Assembly: GCA_902572945.1 (NCBI GenBank)
Contig: CACGHU010000001.1
Location: forward strand, 12,675-76,674
Length of the DNA: 64,000 nucleotides
Reading direction: 5' to 3'
From: an uncultured Pelagibacteraceae bacterium
Lineage (GTDB): Bacteria > Pseudomonadota > Alphaproteobacteria > Pelagibacterales > Pelagibacteraceae
The position numbers were made by a program, and so were the translations under genes. The notes under the pieces were generated by a model, which was not told where the DNA came from, ran no database searches, and saw only the letters and a list, made by a program, of their open reading frames with translations. Shown piece after piece: positions 20,066-30,260 of this stretch. Position 1 is the stretch's first letter. Each line of letters starts with the position of its first letter.

Positions 20066-21181
20066 TTATAGTCCAGCTTTCATTGCTTCCCATTTTTCTC
20101 CAAGCTCTGTACCATTATCGGCCCAGTAAATTGGATCAACTAGGAAGTAATTTTTTGTGTTTCCTGGTGCAGTTGGCATTTCTGGAACCATGTTTGTTTT
20201 ACCGTCTTTATACCACGGCTCACCTGCTTCCATAATTTTTAAAGATGATTTTCTCCAAGGTGCGTATGCTATATATTTAGCACTTCCTGCTAAACCTTCT
20301 GTACTTGTCATCTCAGCTAATGCTTTTTTAGCATCAGCTTCGTTTGGTCCACCTTTGACTAAAACAAAATATTCATAGTCAAGACCTTGACCATCCCAAA
20401 CTTGTTTTAATGGTGCACCTTCTCCAACGATTGCGTTAAAGAATCTACCATTCCAACCAGTTGCCATTACTACTTCACCACTCATTAAAAGTTCTGGTGG
20501 TTGAGCACCTGCAGACCAAAATACACATCCACCTTGAGGGTCTGTGCAAAGTTTTTTGATCTTATTCATTGCTCTATCAACACCTTTTTCTGTTTCTAAA
20601 GCTTCATAGATTTTTGCTCCACCTTTTCCTGGTTTAATACCATCGGCTGCTAAAGCAATTTCTAAATTTGTTAAAGCACTTTTGTATATAGCTCTTTTTC
20701 CAGGAAATTTTTTTGTGTTAAAGAAATCTTTTATAGTTTTTGGAGTACCTTTTACATTTTCAGTATTATAAGCGTAAGTCCAAGAATATAAAATATTTCC
20801 TACAGCACACTTACTTGGCATTGGAGCAAAGAAATCTTTACTCGCTGGAGTTCCGTCTGGAGCGGCAGGAAAGTCTTTATCAAAATCAAATTCAACAAAT
20901 AAACCTTCGTCGCATCCAGTAATAGTATCCATTGCAAATACATCGATTATATCCCATGTAATTGCACCAGCTTCTTTTTGTGCTTTAATTTCTGATAATC
21001 CACCAGAATAATCCACCCAGTTAATAGGTACACCAAGTTTCTTAGCAGTAGGATCACCATATCCTAATTTTTGACTTTCAGTGTATGCTCCACCCCAAGA
21101 TGCAACTGTAACTGCAAATGCTGATGAAGTTATTGAAAGAGCAAAAGAAAGGGTAAGTAATAATTTACTTAATTTTTTCAT
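20066..21181 (-). CDS. Extracellular solute-binding protein, PotD/PotF-like family
   Basis: Signal peptide; SWGGAY, FFNTKKFPGKR, LEIALAADG and WNGR motifs. Confidence 0.88.
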   Translation of the reverse strand: MKKLSKLLLTLSFALSITSSAFAVTVASWGGAYTESQKLGYGDPTAKKLGVPINWVDYSGGLSEIKAQKEAGAITWDIIDVFAMDTITGCDEGLFVEFDFDKDFPAAPDGTPASKDFFAPMPSKCAVGNILYSWTYAYNTENVKGTPKTIKDFFNTKKFPGKRAIYKSALTNLEIALAADGIKPGKGGAKIYEALETEKGVDRAMNKIKKLCTDPQGGCVFWSAGAQPPELLMSGEVVMATGWNGRFFNAIVGEGAPLKQVWDGQGLDYEYFVLVKGGPNEADAKKALAEMTSTEGLAGSAKYIAYAPWRKSSLKIMEAGEPWYKDGKTNMVPEMPTAPGNTKNYFLVDPIYWADNGTELGEKWEAMKAGL

Positions 21182-21216
21182 TTATCCTCCGTTTAAACGT
21201 TTTTTTTAAAAACATA

Positions 21217-21245
21217 ATTACAACAAGTAAAAAAAACGGAGTCAA
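21217..21245 (-). promoter_or_regulatory. Putative internal sigma70 promoter for the solute-binding protein gene
   Basis: Minus strand TTGACT-17 bp-TGTAAT, followed by GGAGG RBS 4 nt before the ATG at 21181. Confidence 0.6.
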
Positions 21246-21309
21246 CCAAGTATTTACTAAAAATTAAGTGGATTAGGGCTGATTATAGTGAGAATAATTC
21301 TAAATTGGT

Positions 21310-22395
21310 TTATTTTGGGTCTAAAGCTCTTGCATCGGTTGAGTTCCAACTAATATTAATTGTATTCCCAAGTTTGATATCTATATTTTGTGAACTATTT
21401 GGAACTTTTAAAATAAAATCGGAATTTCCAAGAACGTTAAGTCTTACACGGGTATGGTCACCATGATAAATCACTTCCTCAATTTTTCCCTTATAATTAT
21501 TATCCATTTTTTGAGATGGGTTAATAAGAGCTCTTTCAGGTCTTATAGAAACAGTAGTTTTATCACCTTTTGATTTAACATTTATTGGATTAGCTACTAT
21601 TTCACCTTCTTTTAATTTAACTTTGCATTTTCCGTTAGAAATATCCGATACTTCACCCTGGAAAGTATTATTTTCCCCAATAAATTCTGCTACAAAAGAA
21701 TTCACTGGTTCTTCATATAATTTGTCAGGTGATGAAAGTTGTTGAACTTTACCATCATTAAAAACAGCTATTCTGTTTGACATAGTTAATGCTTCACCCT
21801 GATCGTGGGTAACATAAACTACAGTAACTCCAATACTTTCATGAATATGTTTAATCTCATACTGCATGCTTTCTCTCAAATTTTTATCTAGAGCGCCTAA
21901 TGGCTCATCCATTAAAACAACAGCCGGATCAAAAACTAATGCACGAGCTACAGCAACCCTTTGTTGTTGTCCGCCTGATAATTGCCCTGGCATTCTGTTT
22001 TCAAAACCAGTTAGAGAAACCATAGACAGTGCTTTATCAACTTTTTTATCTATCTCGTCTTTTGAAACTTTTCTTACTTTTAAAGGGAAAGCTAAATTTT
22101 CATAAACAGTCATGTGTGGAAACAGTGCATAATTCTGAAATACCATTCCAATTCCTCTTTTATGTGGAGGAATATTTGAAATTGGATTTGAGTCTAAGTA
22201 AATTTCTCCATTTGTTGGAGTTTCAAAACCAGCTAACATCATTAGACAAGTAGTCTTTCCAGAGCCAGATGGTCCAAGCATTGTTATAAATTCACCTTCT
22301 GAAATGTCTAAGTTAAGATCTTTAACAACTAAAACTTTGCCATCATAACTTTTATCAACTTTATCAAATTTGACGAATTCTGAATTCTTAGACAT
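21310..22395 (-). CDS. Polyamine-type ABC transporter ATP-binding protein (PotA-like)
   Basis: GPSGSGKT, FQNYALFPH, LSGGQQQR, DEPLGALD and a C-terminal TOBE-like domain. Confidence 0.9.
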   Translation of the reverse strand: MSKNSEFVKFDKVDKSYDGKVLVVKDLNLDISEGEFITMLGPSGSGKTTCLMMLAGFETPTNGEIYLDSNPISNIPPHKRGIGMVFQNYALFPHMTVYENLAFPLKVRKVSKDEIDKKVDKALSMVSLTGFENRMPGQLSGGQQQRVAVARALVFDPAVVLMDEPLGALDKNLRESMQYEIKHIHESIGVTVVYVTHDQGEALTMSNRIAVFNDGKVQQLSSPDKLYEEPVNSFVAEFIGENNTFQGEVSDISNGKCKVKLKEGEIVANPINVKSKGDKTTVSIRPERALINPSQKMDNNYKGKIEEVIYHGDHTRVRLNVLGNSDFILKVPNSSQNIDIKLGNTINISWNSTDARALDPK

Positions 22396-22433
22396 AAGCG
22401 TGTTTTAAAACATTTGTGTGATGTTTTTTCAAG

Positions 22434-23600
22434 TTATTTTATATGCAAGTCTTTGGGGAAATTACAAAATAACTCACTTCCTTTGTCTGTAATTCTTACA
22501 GACTCTGATGCTTCAACACCCCAATCCCCAAATTGCATTACAGCAATCATATGAAAACAAACATTTGGTTTTAGAATAGTTTTATCACCTTTATAAATAT
22601 TTAAAGTATGTTCACCCCAATCTGGGGGATATCCGATTCCAATTGAATATCCTGTTCTAGACTCTTTTTTAATATTATATTTATCAAGAACCCCCCAAAA
22701 TTTTTGAGCCACATCGTCTGCTGTGTTTCCAGGTTTTGCTGCAGATATTCCTTCATTCAAGGCTTCGTTTGTAGCTTTCATTGCATCTACTTTTTTTTGC
22801 TCTGGTTTTCCAAGATGGACTGTTCGTGCCATTGGACAATGATACCTTTTGGTTACTCCAGATAATTCAACAACTGTCGCCTCTCCTTTTATAAATTTCT
22901 CATCTGTAGCCGTTAAATGTGATGCGGATGTGCCTTTGCCTGTGGGTAATAAAACAGCAATACTTGCATATTCTCCACCAATTTCTGGAGTTCCTCTAAA
23001 TAAAGCTCTTTGAATTTCTGCTACTGCATCACACTGTCTTACTCCAGGATTTATACTATTCATTGCAACTTTCATTGCATTTTCAGAAATCTTTGCAGCT
23101 CCCTTCATTAGATTTATTTCTGCATCTGATTTTATTAATCTTACCCAATTAACTAGTCTTTTAGAGTCTTTAATGTTTGCATTTGGCAATCCTTGTTTTA
23201 ACTTTTCGTAACAAAATGCAGTAAAGTAATGACTATCCATTTCGACACCAATATTTGATTTTTCCCATTTTCTTTCTTTAATAAAATCGATTAATGCATC
23301 GTATGGGTGTGTTGGCCATGTATGAATATACTTTTCTTTATAAACTATAATATTTTCCTTTTTTAAATATGTCTTAATATAAGCACCTCCAGCATCTTGG
23401 GCCCTAACAAAACAAATCGGCTCTTCTAGATCAACATGGACAAGTACACATTGAGAATAATAAAAAGACCATGCATCATATCCAGTAAGATAATTCATAT
23501 TATTGGTATCTTGGGATATTAGTAGTTCTATGCCTTTTTGTTGCATAGATTGTTTTGTTTTTTTTAATCTTTCTTTATATTCATCTTTTGTAAAGGACAT
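22434..23600 (-). CDS. M24 family hydrolase, ectoine hydrolase (DoeA/EutD)-like
   Basis: F...EY..RL, YLTGYDAWSFY, LVNWVRLIKS, YHCPMART and GYSIGIGYPPDWGEHT are characteristic of the DoeA/EutD subgroup. Confidence 0.75.
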   Translation of the reverse strand: MSFTKDEYKERLKKTKQSMQQKGIELLISQDTNNMNYLTGYDAWSFYYSQCVLVHVDLEEPICFVRAQDAGGAYIKTYLKKENIIVYKEKYIHTWPTHPYDALIDFIKERKWEKSNIGVEMDSHYFTAFCYEKLKQGLPNANIKDSKRLVNWVRLIKSDAEINLMKGAAKISENAMKVAMNSINPGVRQCDAVAEIQRALFRGTPEIGGEYASIAVLLPTGKGTSASHLTATDEKFIKGEATVVELSGVTKRYHCPMARTVHLGKPEQKKVDAMKATNEALNEGISAAKPGNTADDVAQKFWGVLDKYNIKKESRTGYSIGIGYPPDWGEHTLNIYKGDKTILKPNVCFHMIAVMQFGDWGVEASESVRITDKGSELFCNFPKDLHIK

Positions 23601-23602
23601 GA

Positions 23603-24350
23603 TTAATTTGAATTAAATAACTTTCCAAAACCAGATACAAAATTATTTTGTCCAATCTTTTCTAACGTATCCCAAATTAAAACTTGATTGCTAGAAAGAA
23701 CAAATTTATTTAAGTTTTTTTCGAGTTTTTGAATAATTTGAAGAACTGGGAGAGCCGTACACGAAATAAATACTGCATCAGCATCTCCATGATCCATATT
23801 CGTTAAAACTTCATACAAAAAATCTGGATCTACTTTCCAAATATCACTATCGGAATCAATATCTAAATATGAATTTGATGTTACTTGAAATTTCTCATCC
23901 TTGAAAAAAGAGACAACTTGATTATTCAATTTTTGGGGATAAGGAGTAAAAATAGAAATTTTTTTAATATTCAATTTTTTTAATGCAGCTATAGCTGCAG
24001 AGCTTGGAGTTGTAACTTTTGATGAAGGTTTTGCATTTTTTATCTTTTTTTCAATAGTTTCATAACCGCTTGCAATTGTTCCAGATGTACAACCATAAAC
24101 AACACAATCGATTTTCTCATTTGGCAAAATATCATTGGTGACATTTGTAAGATCTTCTGACATTTTAATTAAATTTTCTTTAGTTAAAGGGTCATATGTC
24201 TTTATACGATTAACAAAAAAAATCTATATCTTTATCTTTGATGACATCTGCAAAATCTTTTTCAATTATAAAATCTGAGGCTAAAGCAATCAAACCAATC
24301 CTAGGGTTTGTTTTTTTTGAAAATTTCGGATCAATTTTTTTTAAATTCAT
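23603..24350 (-). pseudogene. EutA / maleate isomerase (Asp/Glu racemase superfamily) gene interrupted by a +1 frameshift
   Basis: ATG at 24350 gives MNLKKIDPKFSKKTNPRIGLIALASDFIIEKDF...IDFF then stop. Removing one base from the A8 run at 24215-24222 joins it in frame (VNRIKTYDPLTKENLIK) to ORF 23603-24163, which has GCTSG, FTPY, SCTAL and SSNQ motifs. May be a sequencing error. Confidence 0.8.
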
Positions 24351-26292
24351 ATAATTCTTTTATTTGTGTATATTCCTCTAAAACTTCAGGATTTGCCAGC
24401 GCTTCTTTATTTTTAATTGTGTTACCTTCTATTATATTTTTCACCGCTAATTCGACAATTTTTCCATTTTTGGTTCTAGGAATGTCGTTTACTTTAAATA
24501 TTTTATTTGGAACATGTCTTGGTGAAGCATTTATTCTAATCTGTTGTTTAATTTTTTTTATTAATTCATCATTTAATATCACCCCATTATTAAGGATAAC
24601 AAATAAAATTACTCTGATATCATTATCCCAAGATTGACCCACGACAATCGACTCTTTTATTTCTTTAAATTTTTCTACTTCGGAATATATTTCTGCTGTG
24701 CCCAGTCTTACACCACCAGGATTTAAAGTAGCATCAGATCTGCCATAAATTAAAAAACCACCTGAATTTTTTATCTCTCCATAGTCTCCATGATGCCAAA
24801 TATTTTTATATTTGTTAAAGTAGGCGTTTTGAAATTTTTTATTATTTTTATCATTCCAAAACTTTGTTGGCATTGAAGGAAATGGAGTTTTACAAACCAA
24901 CTCGCCCTTTATATTCTTTAATGATTTACCGCTTTCATTAAAAATATCCACATCCATTCCTAAGCCTTTTGATTGTATTTCTCCTGAAATTACAGATTTA
25001 TAAATATTTCCAAGTACGAAACATGAAACTAAATCTGTGCCACCAGAAATTGATGCAAGATGAACATTTTTTTTAATTTTTTTATACACATATTCAAATC
25101 CTTCTTTTGATAAGGGAGATCCAGTCGAACATATTGTATTTAGTTTTTTTAAATCAAAATTATTTGAAATATTACTTTTTTTTAAAGCATCTATATATTT
25201 AGCACTTACACCAAAAAGTGTGATTTTTTCTTTACTAACAATTTTTAATAGTAAATCTTTTTGTTTAAACATTGGAAATCCATCGAATAAAACGATAGAC
25301 GCCTTAGATCCTAGACAGGTTACTAACCAGTTCCACATCATCCATCCACATGTTGTAAAATAAAAAATATTATCATTTTCTTTTATATTTGAATGAAGCT
25401 GATGTTCTTTTAAATGTTGTAACAGTATGCCACCTGACCTATGGCATATGCATTTAGGTTTACCAGTCGTTCCGCTTGAGTAAAGGATAGCAAGTTCAGT
25501 ATTAAAATTAAATTTTTTAAAATTAATTGAAGATGAGGGATATCTTTCAATTTCTTTCCAGAATTTTAATTTTATACCTTTAGATTTCTTTAAATTTAGA
25601 TATTTTTTTCCAGGGTAATTAATTACTAAAACATGTTTAATTGATTTAATTCTTTTTAATATATCCGGAAGTCTTTCAATAACATTGATTTCTTTTCCGT
25701 TATAATAATATCTATCACCAATAATTAAAATTTTTGGCTTTATTTGAGCAAACCTTTCAATCAGACCATTTAAACCAAAATCTGGAGAACAAGATGACCA
25801 TATTGCTCCAATTGCAGAAGTAGCAACAAAGCTTTCAACAGTTTGAATTATATTTGGTAAGTATGCAGACACTCTATCACCTTTTTTAATACCTATTTTA
25901 TTAAAATATGAAATTATCTTTCTCACATTTTGATTTAACTGAAACCATGATCTTTCTTCTCTAAACCCATTTTCACTTATGAATGTAATAGCTTTTGAAT
26001 TATCACTTTTAACTAAGATGTTTTCAGCGAAGTTTAATTTGTAGTCAGTTAAAAATAAATTTTTATAAAAAATTTTTGAATTTTTAATTTTATTTTTTCC
26101 TTTAAGTCCCTTAACTTTACAGAAATCCCAAATACTGTCCCAAAAATTTCCTTTATATTTTATACTCCAATTAAATATTTTATCGTAATTACTTTTGAAA
26201 TTAAGATGATATTTATCTTTTATGAATTTTTCATACTGCATCAAATTTGAATTCAAAATTTGATTTTTTGATGCTCGCCACAATTTTTTCAT
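24331..26292 (-). CDS. Acetoacetate--CoA ligase
   Basis: LNFAEN, WSSCSPDFG, YSSGTTGKPKCI, TTCGWMMWNW, SISGGTD and GRSDATLNPGGVRLGT motifs. Confidence 0.92.
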   Translation of the reverse strand: MKKLWRASKNQILNSNLMQYEKFIKDKYHLNFKSNYDKIFNWSIKYKGNFWDSIWDFCKVKGLKGKNKIKNSKIFYKNLFLTDYKLNFAENILVKSDNSKAITFISENGFREERSWFQLNQNVRKIISYFNKIGIKKGDRVSAYLPNIIQTVESFVATSAIGAIWSSCSPDFGLNGLIERFAQIKPKILIIGDRYYYNGKEINVIERLPDILKRIKSIKHVLVINYPGKKYLNLKKSKGIKLKFWKEIERYPSSSINFKKFNFNTELAILYSSGTTGKPKCICHRSGGILLQHLKEHQLHSNIKENDNIFYFTTCGWMMWNWLVTCLGSKASIVLFDGFPMFKQKDLLLKIVSKEKITLFGVSAKYIDALKKSNISNNFDLKKLNTICSTGSPLSKEGFEYVYKKIKKNVHLASISGGTDLVSCFVLGNIYKSVISGEIQSKGLGMDVDIFNESGKSLKNIKGELVCKTPFPSMPTKFWNDKNNKKFQNAYFNKYKNIWHHGDYGEIKNSGGFLIYGRSDATLNPGGVRLGTAEIYSEVEKFKEIKESIVVGQSWDNDIRVILFVILNNGVILNDELIKKIKQQIRINASPRHVPNKIFKVNDIPRTKNGKIVELAVKNIIEGNTIKNKEALANPEVLEEYTQIKELYEFKKN

Positions 26293-26422
26293 GTTTAAAG
26301 TTTCTTTTTTGAATAAAATACCAGCATTTTCCTATCAAAATATATAATAATTTTAATGTTGAAAATTAAATTTAATCGTCCTTAAATTGATTTTTTATAA
26401 ATACTAACAAATTAGAGGAAAA

Positions 26423-27613
26423 ATGAGAAAATTAATAATTGCTGTATTTTTATTTGTATTTTCTATGGTCACAAATTCTAATGCAGATGGACACGGAATT
26501 AAAATGGGCATTATTTTAGGTTTCACTGGTCCAATTGAATCACTTACACCCGCAATGGCAGCGTCTGCAGAACTTGCTTTCAAAGAAGCTTCGGACTCAG
26601 GCTCATTACTTGGCGGTAAAAAAATATCAGTAACAAGAGCAGACTCGACTTGTGTGGATTCTGCTGCAGCTGTTACAGCCGCTGAAGGATTAGTTTCTGG
26701 TGGAGCTGTTGCAATTATGGGAGCAGATTGTTCAGGTGTCACTGGAGCAATTGCAGAAAAAGTTGCTGTACCGAATGGAGTTGTTATGATTTCACCATCA
26801 GCTACATCTCCAGGACTAACAGATATTAATGATAGGGGTTATTTTTTTAGAACTGCGCCATCAGATGCAAGAGGAGGACAAATTCTTGCAGATATAACTA
26901 AAGATAGAGGAGTTAAAAGCGTTGCAATAACTTATACAAATAACGACTATGGAAAAGGACTTGCAGATGTATATTCAGCTGCAGTTAAAGCCCATGGTAT
27001 TAAAGTAACAACAGTTGCAGCTCACGAAGATGGTAAAGCAGATTATTCATCTGAAGTAGCAACATTAGCTTCTGCAGGTGGAGACGCTGTTGCAGTTATT
27101 GGATATCTTGATCAAGGTGGAAAAGGTATTATTCAAGGATCTTTAGATTCAGGCGCGTTTGATAAATTTATTTTATCTGATGGTATGATTGGAGACTCGC
27201 TTACGGATTCTTTTGGTAAAGCTTTAAATAAATCATTTGGATCTATACCGGGATCAACTGGAAAAGGTGCTGGAGTATTTGCAAAAGTAGCTAAGTCTGC
27301 TGGTATTGACTCATCAGGACCATACACAGGTGAATCTTATGATGCAGCTGCATTAATTACACTTGCAATGCAAGCTGGTGGTAAAGCAGACAGAAATACT
27401 ATTCAAAAAAATGTAATGTCTGTTGCGAATGCACCCGGAACAAAAATCTATCCAGGCCAACTTAAAAAAGCTCTTGATTTACTAGCTAAAGGAAAAGCTG
27501 TAAATTATGAAGGTGCAACAGGAGTAGAGTTTACTGATGTTGGTGAAGCTTTTGGTTCTTTCTTGGAGAAAGAAATTAAAGGCGGCAAGTTTAAAACTAA
27601 AAAACAAAGATAA
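26423..27613 (+). CDS. Branched-chain amino acid-type ABC substrate-binding protein (LivJ/K family)
   Basis: Signal peptide; ISPSATSP, FFRTAPSD, NNDYGKG and YDAA motifs. Confidence 0.88.
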   Translation: MRKLIIAVFLFVFSMVTNSNADGHGIKMGIILGFTGPIESLTPAMAASAELAFKEASDSGSLLGGKKISVTRADSTCVDSAAAVTAAEGLVSGGAVAIMGADCSGVTGAIAEKVAVPNGVVMISPSATSPGLTDINDRGYFFRTAPSDARGGQILADITKDRGVKSVAITYTNNDYGKGLADVYSAAVKAHGIKVTTVAAHEDGKADYSSEVATLASAGGDAVAVIGYLDQGGKGIIQGSLDSGAFDKFILSDGMIGDSLTDSFGKALNKSFGSIPGSTGKGAGVFAKVAKSAGIDSSGPYTGESYDAAALITLAMQAGGKADRNTIQKNVMSVANAPGTKIYPGQLKKALDLLAKGKAVNYEGATGVEFTDVGEAFGSFLEKEIKGGKFKTKKQR

Positions 27614-27624
27614 TTTTTATTTTA

Positions 27625-27656
27625 AAAACCCTAGCGTTTTATTACGCTAGGGTTTT
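27625..27656. terminator. Bidirectional terminator between convergent genes
   Basis: 13-bp perfect inverted repeat AAAACCCTAGCGT / ACGCTAGGGTTTT with 6-nt loop, overlapping the MFS stop codon. Confidence 0.8.
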
Positions 27657-28815
27657 GTTTATTTGATATATCAGCTCTTATACTCGCTAAAATAATTAAT
27701 ATCATAAAAGGAATACAAATTAAGTTCATTATCTTCCAACTTGTTAGAGTAATAAACACTCCTGCTGATAAACTGCCTAATGCATGAACAGAGTAAACGA
27801 TAAAATCATTTAAGCCCTGTGCTTTATATTTTTCTTTTTCTTCGTATGTAAGCACAAGTAAACTTGTTCCTGATATAAATAAAAAATTCCAACCTATACC
27901 TAAAAAAATAAGGGCAAACATATAATTAAAAAAAGTTTGATCAAAAATACTTATAAACGAAGTTATACTGTAAAAAAATATACCAATATAGATTACGTTG
28001 CTATGGCCAATTTTTTTAATTAAGTGTCCAGTTACAAGTGATGGCAAAAACATTGAGGCGACATGAAATTGAATTACCATACCTGTTTTACTTAAACTCA
28101 TTTTTTCCATAACATGCATGCTTATAGGTGTTGCTGTCATTAAAAAAGTCATTATTGCATATCCAAATGCTGATGCTGCTAACGCTTGAATAAATCTTGG
28201 TTGAGAAATTAATTCTAAATAGCTTCTTCCAGTATAATTAACATTTTCTTTTATAATCATTTTACTTTCATAAAACAAAAAAAGAATTGTGGGTATAAAT
28301 GTTAAAACTGCTAAAGATAAATATGATCCTACATACAAATTCTCGCTAACTAAATCTTTTGAATAGTTGGCTAAACTTGGTCCTAAAAAAGCTGAGATGA
28401 TCCCTCCAAATAATAGTATTGAAATCGCTTTTGGAGCCATTTTTTTTTCAACACTTTCTGCAGCAGCAAAACGATATTGATGAGTAAAGGCCATTCCAAT
28501 ACCTATAAAAAAGTTGGCAAAACAAAAAATATAAAAATTCTGATTAAATATTGAATAAGCTGCCAAAATTGAAAATAATGCATTACCAATTGATGCATAG
28601 ATAAAACCAAGTTTTCTTCCCACTAAGCTCATAATTTTTGTAGCTACAATTGCGCCGATAGCTATTCCAACAACAGAAATTGACATGGGTAAAGTCGCTA
28701 ATGACTTCATGGGACTTATTTGAGATCCTATAATTCCGCTTAAAAAAACAGTAACTGGAGCTGCTGTAAAACTAAAAATCTGACTTAAAGTTAATAAAAT
28801 AAGATTTTTATTCAT
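27631..28815 (-). CDS. MFS transporter
   Basis: About 12 hydrophobic segments; GRKLGF loop, QYRFAAAE and GIGWNFLF motifs. Confidence 0.85.
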   Translation of the reverse strand: MNKNLILLTLSQIFSFTAAPVTVFLSGIIGSQISPMKSLATLPMSISVVGIAIGAIVATKIMSLVGRKLGFIYASIGNALFSILAAYSIFNQNFYIFCFANFFIGIGMAFTHQYRFAAAESVEKKMAPKAISILLFGGIISAFLGPSLANYSKDLVSENLYVGSYLSLAVLTFIPTILFLFYESKMIIKENVNYTGRSYLELISQPRFIQALAASAFGYAIMTFLMTATPISMHVMEKMSLSKTGMVIQFHVASMFLPSLVTGHLIKKIGHSNVIYIGIFFYSITSFISIFDQTFFNYMFALIFLGIGWNFLFISGTSLLVLTYEEKEKYKAQGLNDFIVYSVHALGSLSAGVFITLTSWKIMNLICIPFMILIILASIRADISNKQNPSVIKR

Positions 28816-28889
28816 TAAAATATGTATTTATCTCCTAAATAAATAATAATCCCAATTGCAATGCCTGTTAGAATATAAAAAAACATAAT

Positions 28890-30260
28890 TTATTTAATAT
28901 TTATTTTCTCTGGTATCAATCCTTTAGGACGATATCTCATTATAATCAAAAGTCCAATTCCAACTAGTAAAAATCTAAAATATGCAGCGCTTTGAATTAA
29001 ATGTTGTTTAACTGCATTAGTTTCTTCCAAGTGCGCAGTAAAAAAATTTATAAAAAATAAAGCAATTGGTGCAGCCTCTACCCATAAAAACCAAACAACA
29101 AAACCTCCAAGAATTGCGCCAAAATTATTTCCAGTTCCTCCAACAATTACCATTACCCATATTACAAATGTGTATCTCATTGGTCTATAACTGCCTGGTG
29201 TAAACAGGCCATCATTTGTAACCATCATAGCGCCAGCTATTCCAACTATTGCTGAACCCAAAATAAATATTAATAAATGTTCTTTTACAACATTTTTTCC
29301 CATTGCATTTGCAGCTACTTCATTATCTCTTATGGCTCTCATCTTTCTTCCCCAAGGAGAATACAATGCTTTTTGAGTAAGAATTAATAAAATTATTACA
29401 ACAGTCAAAAATAGACCTGCAAGACACAATTTTACATAAACTGAAGATGCATCAATTACTAATTGATTTAAAACATCTTGTCTTTCAGACAAAGAGGTAA
29501 TTAGATCTAATTTTTTTGAATGAAATTTTTCTACTAAATCTATAAACCACGTTGAACCTTGTAAATCGACTTCGTAAGGAACCGGTCTTTTTAAACCAAT
29601 AACATTTTTTACGCCTCTTGCTAGCCAATCTTCATGTTTAATTATTGAAACTATAATTTCAGCTATAAGTAAAGTTGCTATCGCTAAATAGTCTGCTCTT
29701 AGTCCAAGTGCAATTTTACCGACTATGAAAGCTATACCTGCAGCAAACAAACCTCCAACTATCCATGAGAAAATTATTGGCAAACCTAATCCACCAAGAA
29801 ACCCTGTTTTGGCTGGGTCAACAGCTTCTATATTTTCAATTGCTGGGCCAGAAATATATCTTATGAATACAAAACCTATAACAATAATTGCTGCAACTAT
29901 ATAATTTCTTTTTTTTGAATTTTCGAATTTTCTAAGAACTGTGCGGATTATATAAACACCAGATATTATAAGAATTAAAGAAACAACCATACCCGATCCC
30001 CCGGCTTTCCAAGCTTCTTTAACAGGTGGTACATTTACTAAAACTGCCGCCAATCCTCCTAGAGCGGTGTAACCCATAATTCCAAAATTAATTAGACCAG
30101 CATAACCCCATTGAATATTTGCTCCTATTGTCATTACTGCAGATATTAAACAATAGTTTAAAATTGTAAGAGCTATAGTCCAAGACTGTAGTACTCCAAC
30201 AGCAATAATCAACAATATCATTATTGAGTAAGCAGCAATAATATTTTTATGTTGCATCAT
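28890..30260 (-). CDS. livM: Branched-chain amino acid ABC permease (LivM-like)
   Basis: GYAGLINFG, LRADYLAIATL, SPWGR.MRAIRDNE and VGGTGN motifs. Confidence 0.8.
   Translation of the reverse strand: MMQHKNIIAAYSIMILLIIAVGVLQSWTIALTILNYCLISAVMTIGANIQWGYAGLINFGIMGYTALGGLAAVLVNVPPVKEAWKAGGSGMVVSLILIISGVYIIRTVLRKFENSKKRNYIVAAIIVIGFVFIRYISGPAIENIEAVDPAKTGFLGGLGLPIIFSWIVGGLFAAGIAFIVGKIALGLRADYLAIATLLIAEIIVSIIKHEDWLARGVKNVIGLKRPVPYEVDLQGSTWFIDLVEKFHSKKLDLITSLSERQDVLNQLVIDASSVYVKLCLAGLFLTVVIILLILTQKALYSPWGRKMRAIRDNEVAANAMGKNVVKEHLLIFILGSAIVGIAGAMMVTNDGLFTPGSYRPMRYTFVIWVMVIVGGTGNNFGAILGGFVVWFLWVEAAPIALFFINFFTAHLEETNAVKQHLIQSAAYFRFLLVGIGLLIIMRYRPKGLIPEKINIK

Noticed and set aside
21187-21241. CTCCGTTT / AAACGGAG inverted repeat as an anti-Shine-Dalgarno riboswitch
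   Set aside because: The upstream arm overlaps the -35 and spacer of the predicted promoter, so it would not be in that transcript; only 8 bp.
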